Part shown: positions 17,896-28,940 of the stretch, one piece after another
Position numbering within the stretch: position 1 is the stretch's first letter
How the letters are laid out: every line of letters starts with the position of its first letter
Source: a virus
Lineage: Duplodnaviria > Caudoviricetes
Virus record (IMG/VR): IMGVR_UViG_3300020048_000114
Location: 6,437-70,436 of that record
DNA length: 64,000 nucleotides
Reading direction: 5' to 3' (one strand)
The notes under the pieces: model-generated
What the model saw: only the letters and a program-made list of their open reading frames with translations
The model's database searches: none
What the model was told of the DNA's origin: nothing
Made by a program: the position numbers and the translations under genes

Positions 17896-19107
17896 TTATC
17901 CGATATAGATAAACATTGGAGCTTTCATCAAGGTTTCATTTAATTGTTGAGCCTGAGCTGCCTGTTTTTCCATAATAGATGAACGGCTTGTTGCTTCCAA
18001 ATTCTCTCTCAATTGTGTAATCAACTCGGTCTTGTCAGCTGCTGCTTCCTGTCTCAATTCTCCACCATCCAAAGTAACTTCTGATCCTGGAATAGGGATT
18101 GTTTGATATTTCTGTCTTATTGCTCCCAGTAATTCTTTACATAGTGCCAAGAAATACTTTCTTATCCATTGTTTTCCTGGCTCATTAATGTTCATATAAG
18201 GAATGACTTCGTAAGGAACATTGCTGTAGTCCCCTATAACGGTTGAAGATTGACTGCCGCTGTAATATTGACTCGATGAACTGGTTGACATGTTTGACCC
18301 ACTTGGGAAGAATATTGCACCATCTCTATCTTTTGTTACAACATAATCGAAATAAACCGTCATATTTCGGTTAGGAACTGGAAATAATTTCAATTTATTG
18401 TTTATCACCTCAAAGCTCCAAGCAGACTTTCTAACCATGTCGTTAAATTCAATTGCTTGACCCCTTAATAAATCTTCAAATATTGGAGTCATTAAAAACT
18501 GTGTGGCAGGGGAGAATCCGGCAAATCCCATTTCGTTCATGATGTTACTGTAACTCATTCCTGTCATGGAAAACGGATCATAAATACGTGCAAATGCTGG
18601 TGGTGGATTATGGAACACTCTTTTGATTTCGATTCGTGATCCACTTTCAACTGTGTCCCCCCAAATTGCCTGTAAATCATATGTTTGTATGGCCGGCGAC
18701 ACCTCGATTTCCCCACGCTTCCAATCGACATGTCCGCCATATCCATTTTCCGTTCCATATGATTGAGCCAAATTTATTTGAAATGGAAGGCCGACTCCTT
18801 GGATATTCTGTTGGGTGACATTTATTGTTGTTGGTTGACCCTGTAGAAGGCCTAAATTATTCCGTATATTGAATTGATTCACCTGTGCTCCATACTCAAG
18901 GACCGACTCTTCAAATGCAGCGTAAAATGAAAAATCTATAAGTTCCACATCTTGAATAGGATACCCAAGTCGCCGAGCGGCCCAATCTGCAATTTTCGGT
19001 CCATCCAATTGAAAACGTGGATCTGAGTCGAAAAATCCAAATGGGGTTTTTCCGGTGATTGTCGAACCGGAGCCCGGCCACCTTACTTTGTCTTGGTCTT
19101 GAATCAT
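17896..19107 (-). CDS. Neck protein (T4 gp13-like head-tail adaptor)
   Basis: WAARRLGYPIQDVEL, WIRKYFLAL.KELLG.IR.KY..IPIPG.EVTLDG, PMFIYIG. Confidence 0.8.
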   Translation of the reverse strand: MIQDQDKVRWPGSGSTITGKTPFGFFDSDPRFQLDGPKIADWAARRLGYPIQDVELIDFSFYAAFEESVLEYGAQVNQFNIRNNLGLLQGQPTTINVTQQNIQGVGLPFQINLAQSYGTENGYGGHVDWKRGEIEVSPAIQTYDLQAIWGDTVESGSRIEIKRVFHNPPPAFARIYDPFSMTGMSYSNIMNEMGFAGFSPATQFLMTPIFEDLLRGQAIEFNDMVRKSAWSFEVINNKLKLFPVPNRNMTVYFDYVVTKDRDGAIFFPSGSNMSTSSSSQYYSGSQSSTVIGDYSNVPYEVIPYMNINEPGKQWIRKYFLALCKELLGAIRQKYQTIPIPGSEVTLDGGELRQEAAADKTELITQLRENLEATSRSSIMEKQAAQAQQLNETLMKAPMFIYIG

Positions 19108-19139
19108 ATCTTAATAAATATAATGACGTGAACTAATTA

Positions 19140-20855
19140 TCAATTAAATGTCATTTCGTATTTAAGATTCCCACAATCCCAGATACGATCATAGTTATTG
19201 TTTAACATATTGTCATATTCATTTAATTTATCGTCATATACATTTAATTTTTTGGATAGGACGTTTTTTCTAAAAGAGAATCGATGCCATATGTTAATTG
19301 GGGATGATAACTTAAAATACCAGTAGTTTGGAGTGGTCATTCCAATTAACTTAAAACCGATTTTATCATACATAGAAGATAAACCACTGTATCTTATATC
19401 AGCATATGTGATTATCTTGAGAGGTTTTATGTTTTTTATAAAATGATTTAATAATTTGCTTGCTCCACCGATAACAGTTTTGGATGAACAATATCTGTAA
19501 AGTTCATATTCATTTGTTGACGGGCCCTTGTTTCCAAGAGCAACTCTCAGTGGACCAAACGACATAACAGAAACGATTTCTCCGTTGAATTTTAAACCAT
19601 AATATACGCTCGATTTGTCATTTCCTTGTATGTGGTAATTGTCCAAAAAGATCATTTTTTCTCGATTTGTTATTTCAACAATTTCACATTTTCTTGCATA
19701 TGTTTTATTTGATGAACCATTCATAATATTCAGTATTTTGTTTTTGACTATGTTTTGTTTGGTGATCCACTCATAATCCCAAATTTGAATTAGTTTTATT
19801 CCAAGTTTATCACACTCAATTGTTTTATCTATGTGATATGATCGGCTTCGTTTTCCAAATGACTCAGAATGCCATGATATTCCATTGCACTCTATAGCAA
19901 TTTTCTTTTTTGGAATATAAATATCCAACTCTTTACCGTTTAATATAGACCTGTCATTTTCAATTATTTCAACATTTATATTTGATTTTATAAATTCAAC
20001 AACTTGGAGTTCGAACTTGGAACGGTTTTGTGGAAAACAGTTGATACAAATTGGAATTTTTCCACTCTCCAAATTATCTTCAAATTCGTGACCACACTTA
20101 TTACATTTAAATTTATATTTTACAGATTTGCCGTCTTTTTTACCTCCAACATAATCATCAATTGTGAACAATGGAGAACAATTGTTATTTCTAATTGGAT
20201 TATTCAATAAATTGTTAAATGCTTCTGATAAAGTTTTTAATTTTAAATCGTTTTTTACACATGTCCGTTGTGCTGTAGATGTCACACCATATCTTTCGAG
20301 GTTCGTGCGTTTGGCTTTTTCTATAACCGTTTTACTTTTTGATGGTGTGTTTGACCCATATTTTTTGAAATTGGTTTCTCTTATTTTTTGTTTCACGACT
20401 TCATTTGCAAAAACGTTGTCACATTTATATTTTGATTGCACAGAGTTTTTTATTTTTTCAGATATTGATGGGGATGTGAATGAACACGTCGATCCATATT
20501 TATTCAAAAAAGTTTGTTCCCTTTTATTTTGTATTTCATCACTCTGGCTAGGATTTTCAACACCATACTTTTCCAACATTGTTTTTCTTGTCTTCTCCAT
20601 CCTGTTATTGACAAGTGTTTTATCCTTTTGGTGTTCAGAAGAACATTTTTTACAACAATATTTTCCATATCCAATCGGAAATCCATTAAACGGAGTGTCG
20701 TTAAAACAATTTGGACATTTCCTGTTAACCACCGGGTTGATTAGGTTGTATAACTCTTCGTTTGTTTTTTTGTGAAACATCATAAAGTGTCGAGACAACG
20801 ACAAATTATTTTTACAAACCTTTTCGCAAATTGGACATTTATATTGATCAATCAT
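19140..20855 (-). mobile_element. Hef-like endonuclease gene, copy 2
   Basis: C2H2 finger, KYGVENPSQ repeats, IAIECNGISWHSE, IQIWDYEW, YARKC, YADIRYS, YDRIWDCG. Confidence 0.8.
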
Positions 20856-20992
20856 TTTGATTTGTCCTCCCAGTATCTCTCCATTCTTTTCTTCAAAATA
20901 ATCTCTCTGTTTTTGTGATAATATTTCATCGACCGTCTAGTATTCATCTTATCCAATTCATCTTTGGACCTATTTAGTTTTTTTCTTCCCAT
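20852..20992 (-). CDS. Small basic protein (46 aa) translationally coupled to Hef-like copy 2; not in the ORF track
   Basis: MGRKKLNRSKDELDKMNTRRSMKYYHKNREIILKKRMERYWEDKSK*. Its stop overlaps the next ATG (ATGA), and TATTTATA lies 4 nt upstream. Confidence 0.6.
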   Translation of the reverse strand: MGRKKLNRSKDELDKMNTRRSMKYYHKNREIILKKRMERYWEDKSK

Positions 20993-21075
20993 GGTATATA
21001 AATATATCATAAAAACATAAAACGTCAAAATAAATTTGTTGGCTAAATATAATTAAGCAAATGAAATCCGCGTCA

Positions 21076-21083
21076 TATTTATA
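21076..21083 (+). promoter_or_regulatory. Representative copy of the recurrent TATTTATA putative late-promoter motif
   Basis: The same 8-mer lies 3-19 nt upstream of starts at 6210, 8056, 11832, 17186, 20992, 21087, 31399, 36748, 39738, 42362, 44977 and 59705. Confidence 0.65.
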
Positions 21084-21086
21084 CAC

Positions 21087-21731
21087 ATGATAAAATTAAA
21101 AACATTGATATTTGAGGTTGCGGATTTGCCCCCTCCACAAGTAAAGTTTGAGATGCCCGCACAGACAACATCCAAAAAACCTGACTATTTTGTTGCAAAG
21201 AACCATGATTTCTCAAAAAACTCCGAAATCAATACCAATATCGATTACAAAAAATTGGAAGATATCATAAAAAAATTTGAAAATAATAAGGAGTATAAAG
21301 GTGGGGGGTGGAATAAATCCAAACAAAGATGGTTTCCACATAAAAGCGTTGAGGGTGGTCTTCCTACAATTGCATATGGACATAAACTTCTCCCAGGAGA
21401 AGATTTCTCAAAAGGTCTCACAGAGGATGAAGCTATAAAACTTCTACGAAAAGACCTTCAACGTGCAGAATCGATTGCAAAGGGAATGATAAAGAACTGG
21501 GATAAGTTGCCATCCGATTATAAGATCGCATTAATCAATTCTGTTTATAGGGGTGGGAGAAACAAGGACATAGGACCGAAAGCAATATCATATATTAACA
21601 GTGGTCAATTTGAAAAAGTTCCATCTGAATATCTGAATCACAGAGAATACAAAACAACCTCGAATAAGGGTGTTAAAGACAGAATGGAGTGGAATGCAAA
21701 AGTGTTCAAAAAATACTCAAACCTCCCATGA
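21087..21731 (+). CDS. Phage lysozyme (GH24-like) with a MIKLKTLIFE leader
   Basis: SVEGGLPTIAYGHKL...GLTEDEAIKLLRKDL, ALINSVY. Confidence 0.8.
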   Translation: MIKLKTLIFEVADLPPPQVKFEMPAQTTSKKPDYFVAKNHDFSKNSEINTNIDYKKLEDIIKKFENNKEYKGGGWNKSKQRWFPHKSVEGGLPTIAYGHKLLPGEDFSKGLTEDEAIKLLRKDLQRAESIAKGMIKNWDKLPSDYKIALINSVYRGGRNKDIGPKAISYINSGQFEKVPSEYLNHREYKTTSNKGVKDRMEWNAKVFKKYSNLP

Positions 21732-22525
21732 AATATAAAGATTTTTATTGTGACATAATATCGGAATCAAACGAGAAAAATTGTTATGGATTTTTTATAG
21801 ATAGAAGCGGAAATTCCATTCCCGTTTCGGAGTGGGGCGGACATGCGCAAGTTGCATCATCCATTCTAAAAAACCCAAACATTAATGATAGTATTTCCAC
21901 CTCATATTTAATGGAAAAGAGGGGATATTTACGTGTGTCAGCTCCGAGAAGTGGAACAAAAATGTATGTCGAATCTATTCCGATGGTTAAGTATGACTCA
22001 CTAACACCCCAACAGAGAAAAACGATTGAAACTATTTCCCATGATAGAAAACAAGAAATCATATTAAACGGTTCTCCAATTTTTGGAGAATTAAATGAAG
22101 AGATACAAGTTAAATATATGGTGGATGGGCAGCCAGAATACGATGATGACGATGAAAATGTAATAACAGATTTTCACAATCAGATTCAATCACTCGAAAA
22201 AACTTCTGGAATATCAATATTGAGGAACAAAGAATTGAGTTTGGTTCTTGTTGAAGACAATATCATCATAGGAGCACTTTATACAGAATTAAGCAATTTA
22301 AAATTCTCCTTTGATGTGATTGTTCACCCACAACATAGAAATAAAGGGATTGGTGATAAATTGATAAAACTCGGATTGTCGAATTATAAGGAACTAAAAA
22401 ATTCTTATGACGATGAAATTAAATTGGTGATAGACTGCGTTAATCCATTACTTATAAATACATTTAAGAAAAATGGATTAAAGGTCGTCAAGACAGACGG
22501 CAAACATACCATTATGACGTTATGA
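21728..22525 (+). CDS. Two-domain protein with a C-terminal GNAT acetyltransferase-like domain
   Basis: ATGA overlap with the lysozyme stop. Leader MKYKDFYCDIISE, linker GELNE|E, and FDVIVHPQHRNKGIGDKLI (acetyl-CoA motif). Confidence 0.65.
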   Translation: MKYKDFYCDIISESNEKNCYGFFIDRSGNSIPVSEWGGHAQVASSILKNPNINDSISTSYLMEKRGYLRVSAPRSGTKMYVESIPMVKYDSLTPQQRKTIETISHDRKQEIILNGSPIFGELNEEIQVKYMVDGQPEYDDDDENVITDFHNQIQSLEKTSGISILRNKELSLVLVEDNIIIGALYTELSNLKFSFDVIVHPQHRNKGIGDKLIKLGLSNYKELKNSYDDEIKLVIDCVNPLLINTFKKNGLKVVKTDGKHTIMTL

Positions 22526-22968
22526 AATACAAAGATTTTTACACAGACGAGTTAAACGAAGACCCAGAAGTTTTGATGGGTGAATACCCAAGATGGGACT
22601 ATGATAGTTATCTATTCATCGGAACGACGGATGGTAAAGGACTAATATACACATCCATAAAACAGAATCCGCACATGATCCACGGAAATCTTATGAGAGC
22701 TTTCGTTAAAAAAATTGATCAAAACGGAGTGGATGTTAAAACAATAGGAGATGTTGCGGATAAACAATTTTCATTTGATCTATCCGGCGCAGTTATACCA
22801 AAACAAACTGGAATAGAAAAAACCCTGATATCCTTATGGGATAAACAGGGCTTGATACTAAAACCAATTCTTAGAGATTTGTTGATTAAGATAGGTGTTT
22901 CCGGTGCAGCCTCGTTGGAGGTTGCGGATAGAAATGACAAAGACAATTCACAGACGCAAGATTTTTAA
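22522..22968 (+). CDS. Hypothetical protein with a MKYKDFYTDELNE leader
   Basis: ATGA-coupled to the upstream gene; leader nearly identical to that of the 21728 gene. Confidence 0.65.
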   Translation: MKYKDFYTDELNEDPEVLMGEYPRWDYDSYLFIGTTDGKGLIYTSIKQNPHMIHGNLMRAFVKKIDQNGVDVKTIGDVADKQFSFDLSGAVIPKQTGIEKTLISLWDKQGLILKPILRDLLIKIGVSGAASLEVADRNDKDNSQTQDF

Positions 22969-23651
22969 TTGGTCTTGGACGTTGGGATCAACCACAATCC
23001 GTTCGAGAAAATCTTTTCTTTCAAGAGAGGGTAAAGTTCAAAAATTTTCAAGGATTCAAGCGTATTGTGTTTGAACATCTTGAATAATTCTTCCCTCGTT
23101 CTCTCCGAACTGACATTATCCAACATATTGATGAATTTTGGATTGTGAAGAATTCTATGAATTGGCATGGAGATTCCAAAATCCTTCGTAACGGAAAATC
23201 TAACAGCTCTGAGGAGACGGAGTGAATCCTCTCGCATTCTGTCTTCCGTTTCTCCGACGCATCGAATAACTTTGTTTTTGATGTCTTCCTGTCCATTGAA
23301 TGGATCGATTAGATTTCCGTCATCATCTTGAGCAATTGCGTTGCAGGTAAAATCCCGGCGCGACAAGTCATCAAACAACGTTCCATTTTCAACAGAATCG
23401 GGCCGACGACCATCGGAATATGCGCCTTCTTTACGACACATTACGAAATCAACTCCGCCGAGGATGTTATCAACCGCACGAATTGTGAAGAATTCAGGTT
23501 TTTCAACCTTGATGTCACAACCACGGGATTGAATAGCTTCCTTCATTTCGTTATACGATCCAGCCTCAACCGAGAAATCAATATCCTTCGATTCGATTCC
23601 CATGATCAAATCACGAACAGCTCCTCCTACACGATAAAATTTTGCGTTCAT
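22965..23651 (-). CDS. tRNA nucleotidyltransferase (CCA-adding/poly(A) polymerase family), compact form
   Basis: VGGAVRD..MG..SKDIDF, DLSRRDFTCNAIA, EDSLRLLRAVRF, VSSERTREE. Start refined to 23651. Confidence 0.9.
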   Translation of the reverse strand: MNAKFYRVGGAVRDLIMGIESKDIDFSVEAGSYNEMKEAIQSRGCDIKVEKPEFFTIRAVDNILGGVDFVMCRKEGAYSDGRRPDSVENGTLFDDLSRRDFTCNAIAQDDDGNLIDPFNGQEDIKNKVIRCVGETEDRMREDSLRLLRAVRFSVTKDFGISMPIHRILHNPKFINMLDNVSSERTREELFKMFKHNTLESLKIFELYPLLKEKIFSNGLWLIPTSKTN

Positions 23652-23694
23652 ATTTAGGAGAGTGGACCACAAGAAACAATAAGTCAATAAATTT

Positions 23695-25371
23695 TTGATC
23701 GATCGGTTTTATTTGGTATATTTACCATATATGACACCAGTTACAAATAAATTAGTTATCTCAGAAGAAGAGTCAAAAATATGTAAAATCGATGGAAAGA
23801 AATTTAGTTCATCTCGTAAGATGGTGTGGCACGTTAGAAAAACACATAAATTGTCATTTGAGGAATATATTATAAAATATTACTATGGCGGAAACCGACC
23901 GGTATGTTTGAAAACAGGAAATTTTCTTTCATTCAAAGGAAATAAACTTGGTCCTTGGTTCACCGATTATTCAAAAAACAATTTCCCAAGAAAACATCAC
24001 ACAGAAGAGACAAAAAATAAAATTAAAGATGGGTGTGAAAAGACATCAATGGAGAAATATGGTGTGAAAAATGTATTTTTATCCGATTGGTGTAAGGAGA
24101 AGTCAAAGACAACGATTGTTGAACGATATGGTGTTGATAACATAATGAAACTCGATGAATATAAAAAATTCATCCCAAGAACAACTGAATCATTACAAAA
24201 GGCAAAAGAAACAAATCTTAAAAAATATGGATCACCAACATACACATCGACAATTGAATGGAAACAAAAACTGAGAGAACTATCATTTATTAAATATTAT
24301 GATAATTGGGAAAATTATTTAAAGTCTTTATCCGATAGAAAAATTGATTGTGTCCACGGTTCAATATCTGATATGAAGAATAAGAATCCTATTTCTTATA
24401 AATGTCAGATTGATGGGTTTGAATGGGTAGAAACAGATTTGTTGCAACCAATTTGTCCAAAATGTTTGGAAACTGGAAATCTATCAAATAGATCAAAGAT
24501 GGAAACTGAGATGTGTTCATGGTTGAAGTCTATAAACATTGATTTTAAAATGAATAATCGGTTTAAAACAGAAACAGGAACATATGAGATAGATTTCTAT
24601 ATACCAAATAAAAACATCGGTATAGAATTAAATGGAAACTATTATCATTCACAGAATGGTGGCGGAAAGAATCGCAAATATCATATAGACAAATTAAATT
24701 CAATAAACTCAATTGGAATAGAATTGATACAAATATTCGAAGATGAGTGGATAAAGAAATTTCAAATAATAAAAGACAAGTTATTATCAAAGTTGGATAG
24801 AGGATCGTTCAAATCAATATACGCAAGAAATTGTAAGGTCATCAATATAGAAAATAATATAGCAAATGATTTTCATGAATTGAATCATATACAAGGAAAA
24901 TCAAATTCAACCATTCATTTTGGTTTGTTTGATGGAGATTTGATGGTTTCCGTTATGAGTTTTTCTGGTCTTAGACCTTCTCTCGGAAACAAAAAGATAA
25001 AAGGACATTATGAATTGGTTAGATACTCATCATTATTAAATCATTCCATCATTGGCGGTTTTTCCAAATTAATATCACATTTCATAAAAAGAAATAATCC
25101 GGTAAAGATAATAACATATGCTGACAGACGGTATTCCGGATTAAAAAACAACGTATATGAAAAGACAGGATTCAAATTCGTTGACATTGGTTCTCCGAAT
25201 TATTGGTATGTCAAAAAATTAGACAGAAAACATAGGTTTAATTTCACCAAATCAAAATTGGTAAAGGATGGATTTGATTCTAACAAAACCGAATGGGATA
25301 TCATGAAATCCCGTGGATGGGATAGGATTTGGGATTGTGGTCACTTAAAATATGAGATGTTGATTCATTGA
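23695..25371 (+). mobile_element. Hef-like endonuclease gene, copy 3 (probable start ATG 23731)
   Basis: C..DG..H..H finger, KYGV repeats, IGIELNGNYYHSQ, IQIFEDEW, YADRRYS, GWDRIWDCGHLKYE. Confidence 0.8.
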
Positions 25372-25455
25372 AATAAAAAAACCCGACTCGAAAAAGTCGG
25401 GGTTTTTGTCGGACACTCTAACCTAAGTCCTTAAACTTGATCGAGATCCCCGATT
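25368..25455. repeat. Direct-repeat copy 1: bidirectional terminator plus an orphan copy of the major capsid gene 3' end
   Basis: Matches 27221-27307. The minus strand encodes IGDLDQV*. Confidence 0.9.
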
Positions 25456-25577
25456 TTCGTGAAAAACTATTTGTAAAAAATGAAAGAAGTATAGCTAAAG
25501 CGGTTAAAAATGGGATCAATTCTCTGTCTGTCATAGAAAAAGATTGAACCAATAAAAAACAGAAGTCAAAATTTTAA

Positions 25578-27224
25578 TTGTTGTTCATTGTTACAAATAA
25601 TTTCGTTTATCCAGACTTCTATCGATATGTATTATGGATGAAACGAAAAGTGAATAAGATAGTTTGTAAAATTTGTAACAATGAGTATTCAACCGTTGGG
25701 TTTTTTGGTCATTTAAGAGACACACACCAAACCTCTCCGGATGAATATGTTAAACAACATGGAGAGTATAGAACAAAGGTTTTATCTTTAAAAAATTATG
25801 AATCCGCAGATTCAAATTTCGAGTGTCTGTTGGATGGAAAAAAATTCAAATCGGAGAGGATGTTATCTGGCCACATCAAGAGAAATTTCAACATGTCTAA
25901 GAACGAATACGTCAAAAATGTTGTTTTTAAGGATGGTATTCCAAAATGTAAGTGTGGATGTGGAGATGATGTGGGTATAATAAAACAATATCCATATAAA
26001 AGAGAATACATTTCTGGACACAATTCTGTCGGTGAAACCAATCCGATGTATGGTAAAACTCACAGCGTTGATGCGATTAACACCATGATAGAAAAGGCAA
26101 ATTCGCGGGTGGAATTATACAGAGAAAATAAATGTCCTCTCCCTATGCATTCAAAAGAATCTTTGATTAAACGTGGATTGATCTATTCAAATAAAATGAT
26201 GAATTTGAAACAAATAAAATACAACGTTGAAATATTGGAGAGGAATGGTGATTTTCTAAGATTTAAGTGCTTGAAATGCAATAAAGAACATTCTCAATAT
26301 CATACATCATATTTCACTTGCTCAAATTGTTATCCACCCATTAAATCAAAAGGCGAAAACGACTTGAAATCTTCTATTGAAACAACATTTAACATTGAGT
26401 GTGTGCAGAATTATAGAAAGCTTTTTAATGGAACAATGGAATGTGATATTTTCATTCCGTCGAAAAATATAGGAATAGAATATAACGGAATATACTATCA
26501 CTCGGAATTTTCTGGAAATAAACATAAAAATTACCACATAGATAAGACAAACAGTTTTCTTAACAAGGGGGTTAAAATACTGCACGTTTTCGAGGATGAA
26601 TGGTTGAATAAAAGAGATATAATTTTATCAAGAATAGGTTCTTACATAGGAAAATACGGAAGTAAACACCACGCCAGAGAGTGTGTAATAAAAGAAGTTT
26701 CTATAAATGATTCACGAGATTTTTTAACAAAGAACCACTTACAGGGTAGTGACAAACATCAAATTTCATATGGACTATACAAAGATGGTTGTTTATTATC
26801 CATAATGACATTCTCAAAATTAAATATATCAAAGGGATCAATTCACATAGATGGTCATTATGAACTTAGTAGATTCTGTAATTTATTGAACACGTCGATC
26901 TCAGGGGCATTTAGCAAACTACTTAAACACTTTATAAAAAACAACACATTTGAAAAATTGATAACTTATGCAGATATGAGATGGTCGGATCAAACAAAAA
27001 ATGTTTACATTATCAACGGATTTAATTTTGTGTCCAAATCAAGTCCAAATTATTTTTACACAAAGGATCACAAGAATAGATTGAACAGATTTGGATTCAG
27101 GAAATCGGAATTGATTAAATCAGGTGGCGATCCATCAAAAACAGAAATTCAAATAATGAGGGAAATGGGATATGATAGAATATGGGATTGTGGACATTTA
27201 AAATATGAATTGTTAACTCGTTGA
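25578..27224 (+). mobile_element. Hef-like endonuclease gene, copy 4 (probable start ATG 25638)
   Basis: C2H2 fingers, CKCGCG...YISGHN, IGIEYNGIYYHSE, LHVFEDEW, YADMRWS, GYDRIWDCGHLKYE. Confidence 0.8.
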
Positions 27225-27307
27225 AATAAAAAACCCCAACCGAAAGGTTGGGGTTTTTGTTTGGTCAATCTAACCTAAGTCCTTAGACTTGATCGAGATC
27301 GCCGATT
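27221..27307. repeat. Direct-repeat copy 2: bidirectional terminator plus the active major capsid gene 3' end
   Basis: aaaaaccccaacc-gaaa-ggttggggttttt hairpin, then tctaacctaagtccttagacttgatcgagatcgccgatt. Confidence 0.9.
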
Positions 27308-28884
27308 ATTATTTTCCCATAGAACTCAGGTCTTACTAATTTCTTAGCATATCTTGTCATAACACCACGTCTTGGGGTGAAGTTAACAGGATCATAAACC
27401 AGAGGAGTCTGGATCAGAGGAATGTATGGAGCGTAAACAGCACCGGTTTCGAGGAAGTTATTTCCACGGAAACCTACCAAGATGACGTTATCGGTCATGT
27501 ATGGGTTCTTGTAAACTGTCCAACGGTTCGATAGCGAACCAACCTTCGAAACACCCATTGCGAACTTAGCAGAATCACCGTCGGTGTTTGCTGTGAAGCC
27601 AGGGATGGATTCAAGGATTGTTGCTACGTCTGGCGAAACAACGAGGAAGTTAGCACCACCACGAAGAGTCAACTGGTGAATCTTGTTGGAAACCTTCTGA
27701 ATCTTGTTACCAAGAGTCTGGAACCATGTGCTCTTAACATAAGCGGTTCTGTTTGTAGCAGAATCATCAAATGTCTGTGTGTTGTAGTTGTATTCCTTGC
27801 CGATTGCTGCGGACCAGTATTCGGTTGTTACCGCTGGTGCGCCAGTTACCAACATGTCCAAGATTTCGAGGTCCAATTCCATCGAAACGTATTCAGACAA
27901 CATTGCTGTCAGTTCTGCTTCTGCGTCGATAGAGTGGTATGCGTTCAAGTCTTGTGCCAATTCTGGGGTCCAGACGGCCTTCAACTTACGTGTCTTAGCG
28001 ACAATTGGTTCAGATTTCAAGTCCAAGTTGATTTCTGGGATACCAATGTCTGCGTTCAATCCTTGTGGAGCGATTGCGACACCCTTGTCTTCAAAGTCAC
28101 CACGGGAGGTGTCTGTTGGCTGAACGAAGTATGCAACTCCAACTGTTGCTGGAACAGCGGAAGCGGATACGATGAACTGAACGTTTGTTCCTACAACCTT
28201 TGTGAAGGCTGGATAGAAATCAACGATGCCTGAACCGGATACTGTGAATCCACGAACACCGAGGGCGTCGTAAGATGGAAGGGATGCTACTGGAACAAGA
28301 ACCTTCTTAACTTCGTTTGCTGCGACAGATGCGGAGAGGGCTTCTACGAAATTAACGTCGAATGAAGAACCCGATGCGCCAGTTACGGAAACAGCAGATG
28401 CGGTTACGTTATTGATTGTATAACCAAAACGTCCTTGTCCATAGAGACCGTTTACTGCAGCATCTGTAGAACCGTTCTTGACACCAGTTCCACCGAACAA
28501 TGAAGTTCCGTTGAACTGTGGTTTTCCTGCTTGGTTTGATCCATACTTGAAGTCCAAGTAGAAGATCAGGCCGGAAGGAAGGTTCATTGGCTGAACCGAG
28601 ACGAATTCCTTAGCTGCGATTTCTGCGAAAACACGACGAACCAATGGAAGAGCAACTCCAGCCCATTGTTCTGAGTTTGCGGAGGTGCCTGTTCTTGTTG
28701 CTTCTTCGATCAATTGCTTAGCCTGATTCTCCAAGAGAATGGACATGTGCGACTTGTCGGTGTCGGAACCAACTCCTTCAAGGAGTCCGGTTTTATTCCA
28801 CTTGTTAACCAACTGGCGTGTTTCAGCCATTAGCTTTGCTTGTGGGTTGAATGTATCTGTGAGTAATGATTTTACTGCTGACAT
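27283..28884 (-). CDS. Major capsid protein (T4 gp23-like)
   Basis: KWNKTGLLEG, ILLENQAK, LPLVRRVF, VSVQPMNLPSGLIFYLD, AKTRKLKAVWTPELAQDLNAYH, YAPYIPL, GVMTRY. Confidence 0.97.
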   Translation of the reverse strand: MSAVKSLLTDTFNPQAKLMAETRQLVNKWNKTGLLEGVGSDTDKSHMSILLENQAKQLIEEATRTGTSANSEQWAGVALPLVRRVFAEIAAKEFVSVQPMNLPSGLIFYLDFKYGSNQAGKPQFNGTSLFGGTGVKNGSTDAAVNGLYGQGRFGYTINNVTASAVSVTGASGSSFDVNFVEALSASVAANEVKKVLVPVASLPSYDALGVRGFTVSGSGIVDFYPAFTKVVGTNVQFIVSASAVPATVGVAYFVQPTDTSRGDFEDKGVAIAPQGLNADIGIPEINLDLKSEPIVAKTRKLKAVWTPELAQDLNAYHSIDAEAELTAMLSEYVSMELDLEILDMLVTGAPAVTTEYWSAAIGKEYNYNTQTFDDSATNRTAYVKSTWFQTLGNKIQKVSNKIHQLTLRGGANFLVVSPDVATILESIPGFTANTDGDSAKFAMGVSKVGSLSNRWTVYKNPYMTDNVILVGFRGNNFLETGAVYAPYIPLIQTPLVYDPVNFTPRRGVMTRYAKKLVRPEFYGKIIIGDLDQV

Positions 28885-28940
28885 AATGTTATATTATTGA
28901 TTGTTTTTTGGTTTTCCTAACTCTATAGTATTATAATCTA

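Noticed and set aside
20164-20775. 203-aa plus-strand ORF and similar long antisense ORFs (27676-28233, 33760-34422, 54141-54761, 9967-10515)
   Set aside because: They are shadows of well-supported opposite-strand genes, with no motifs and biased composition.
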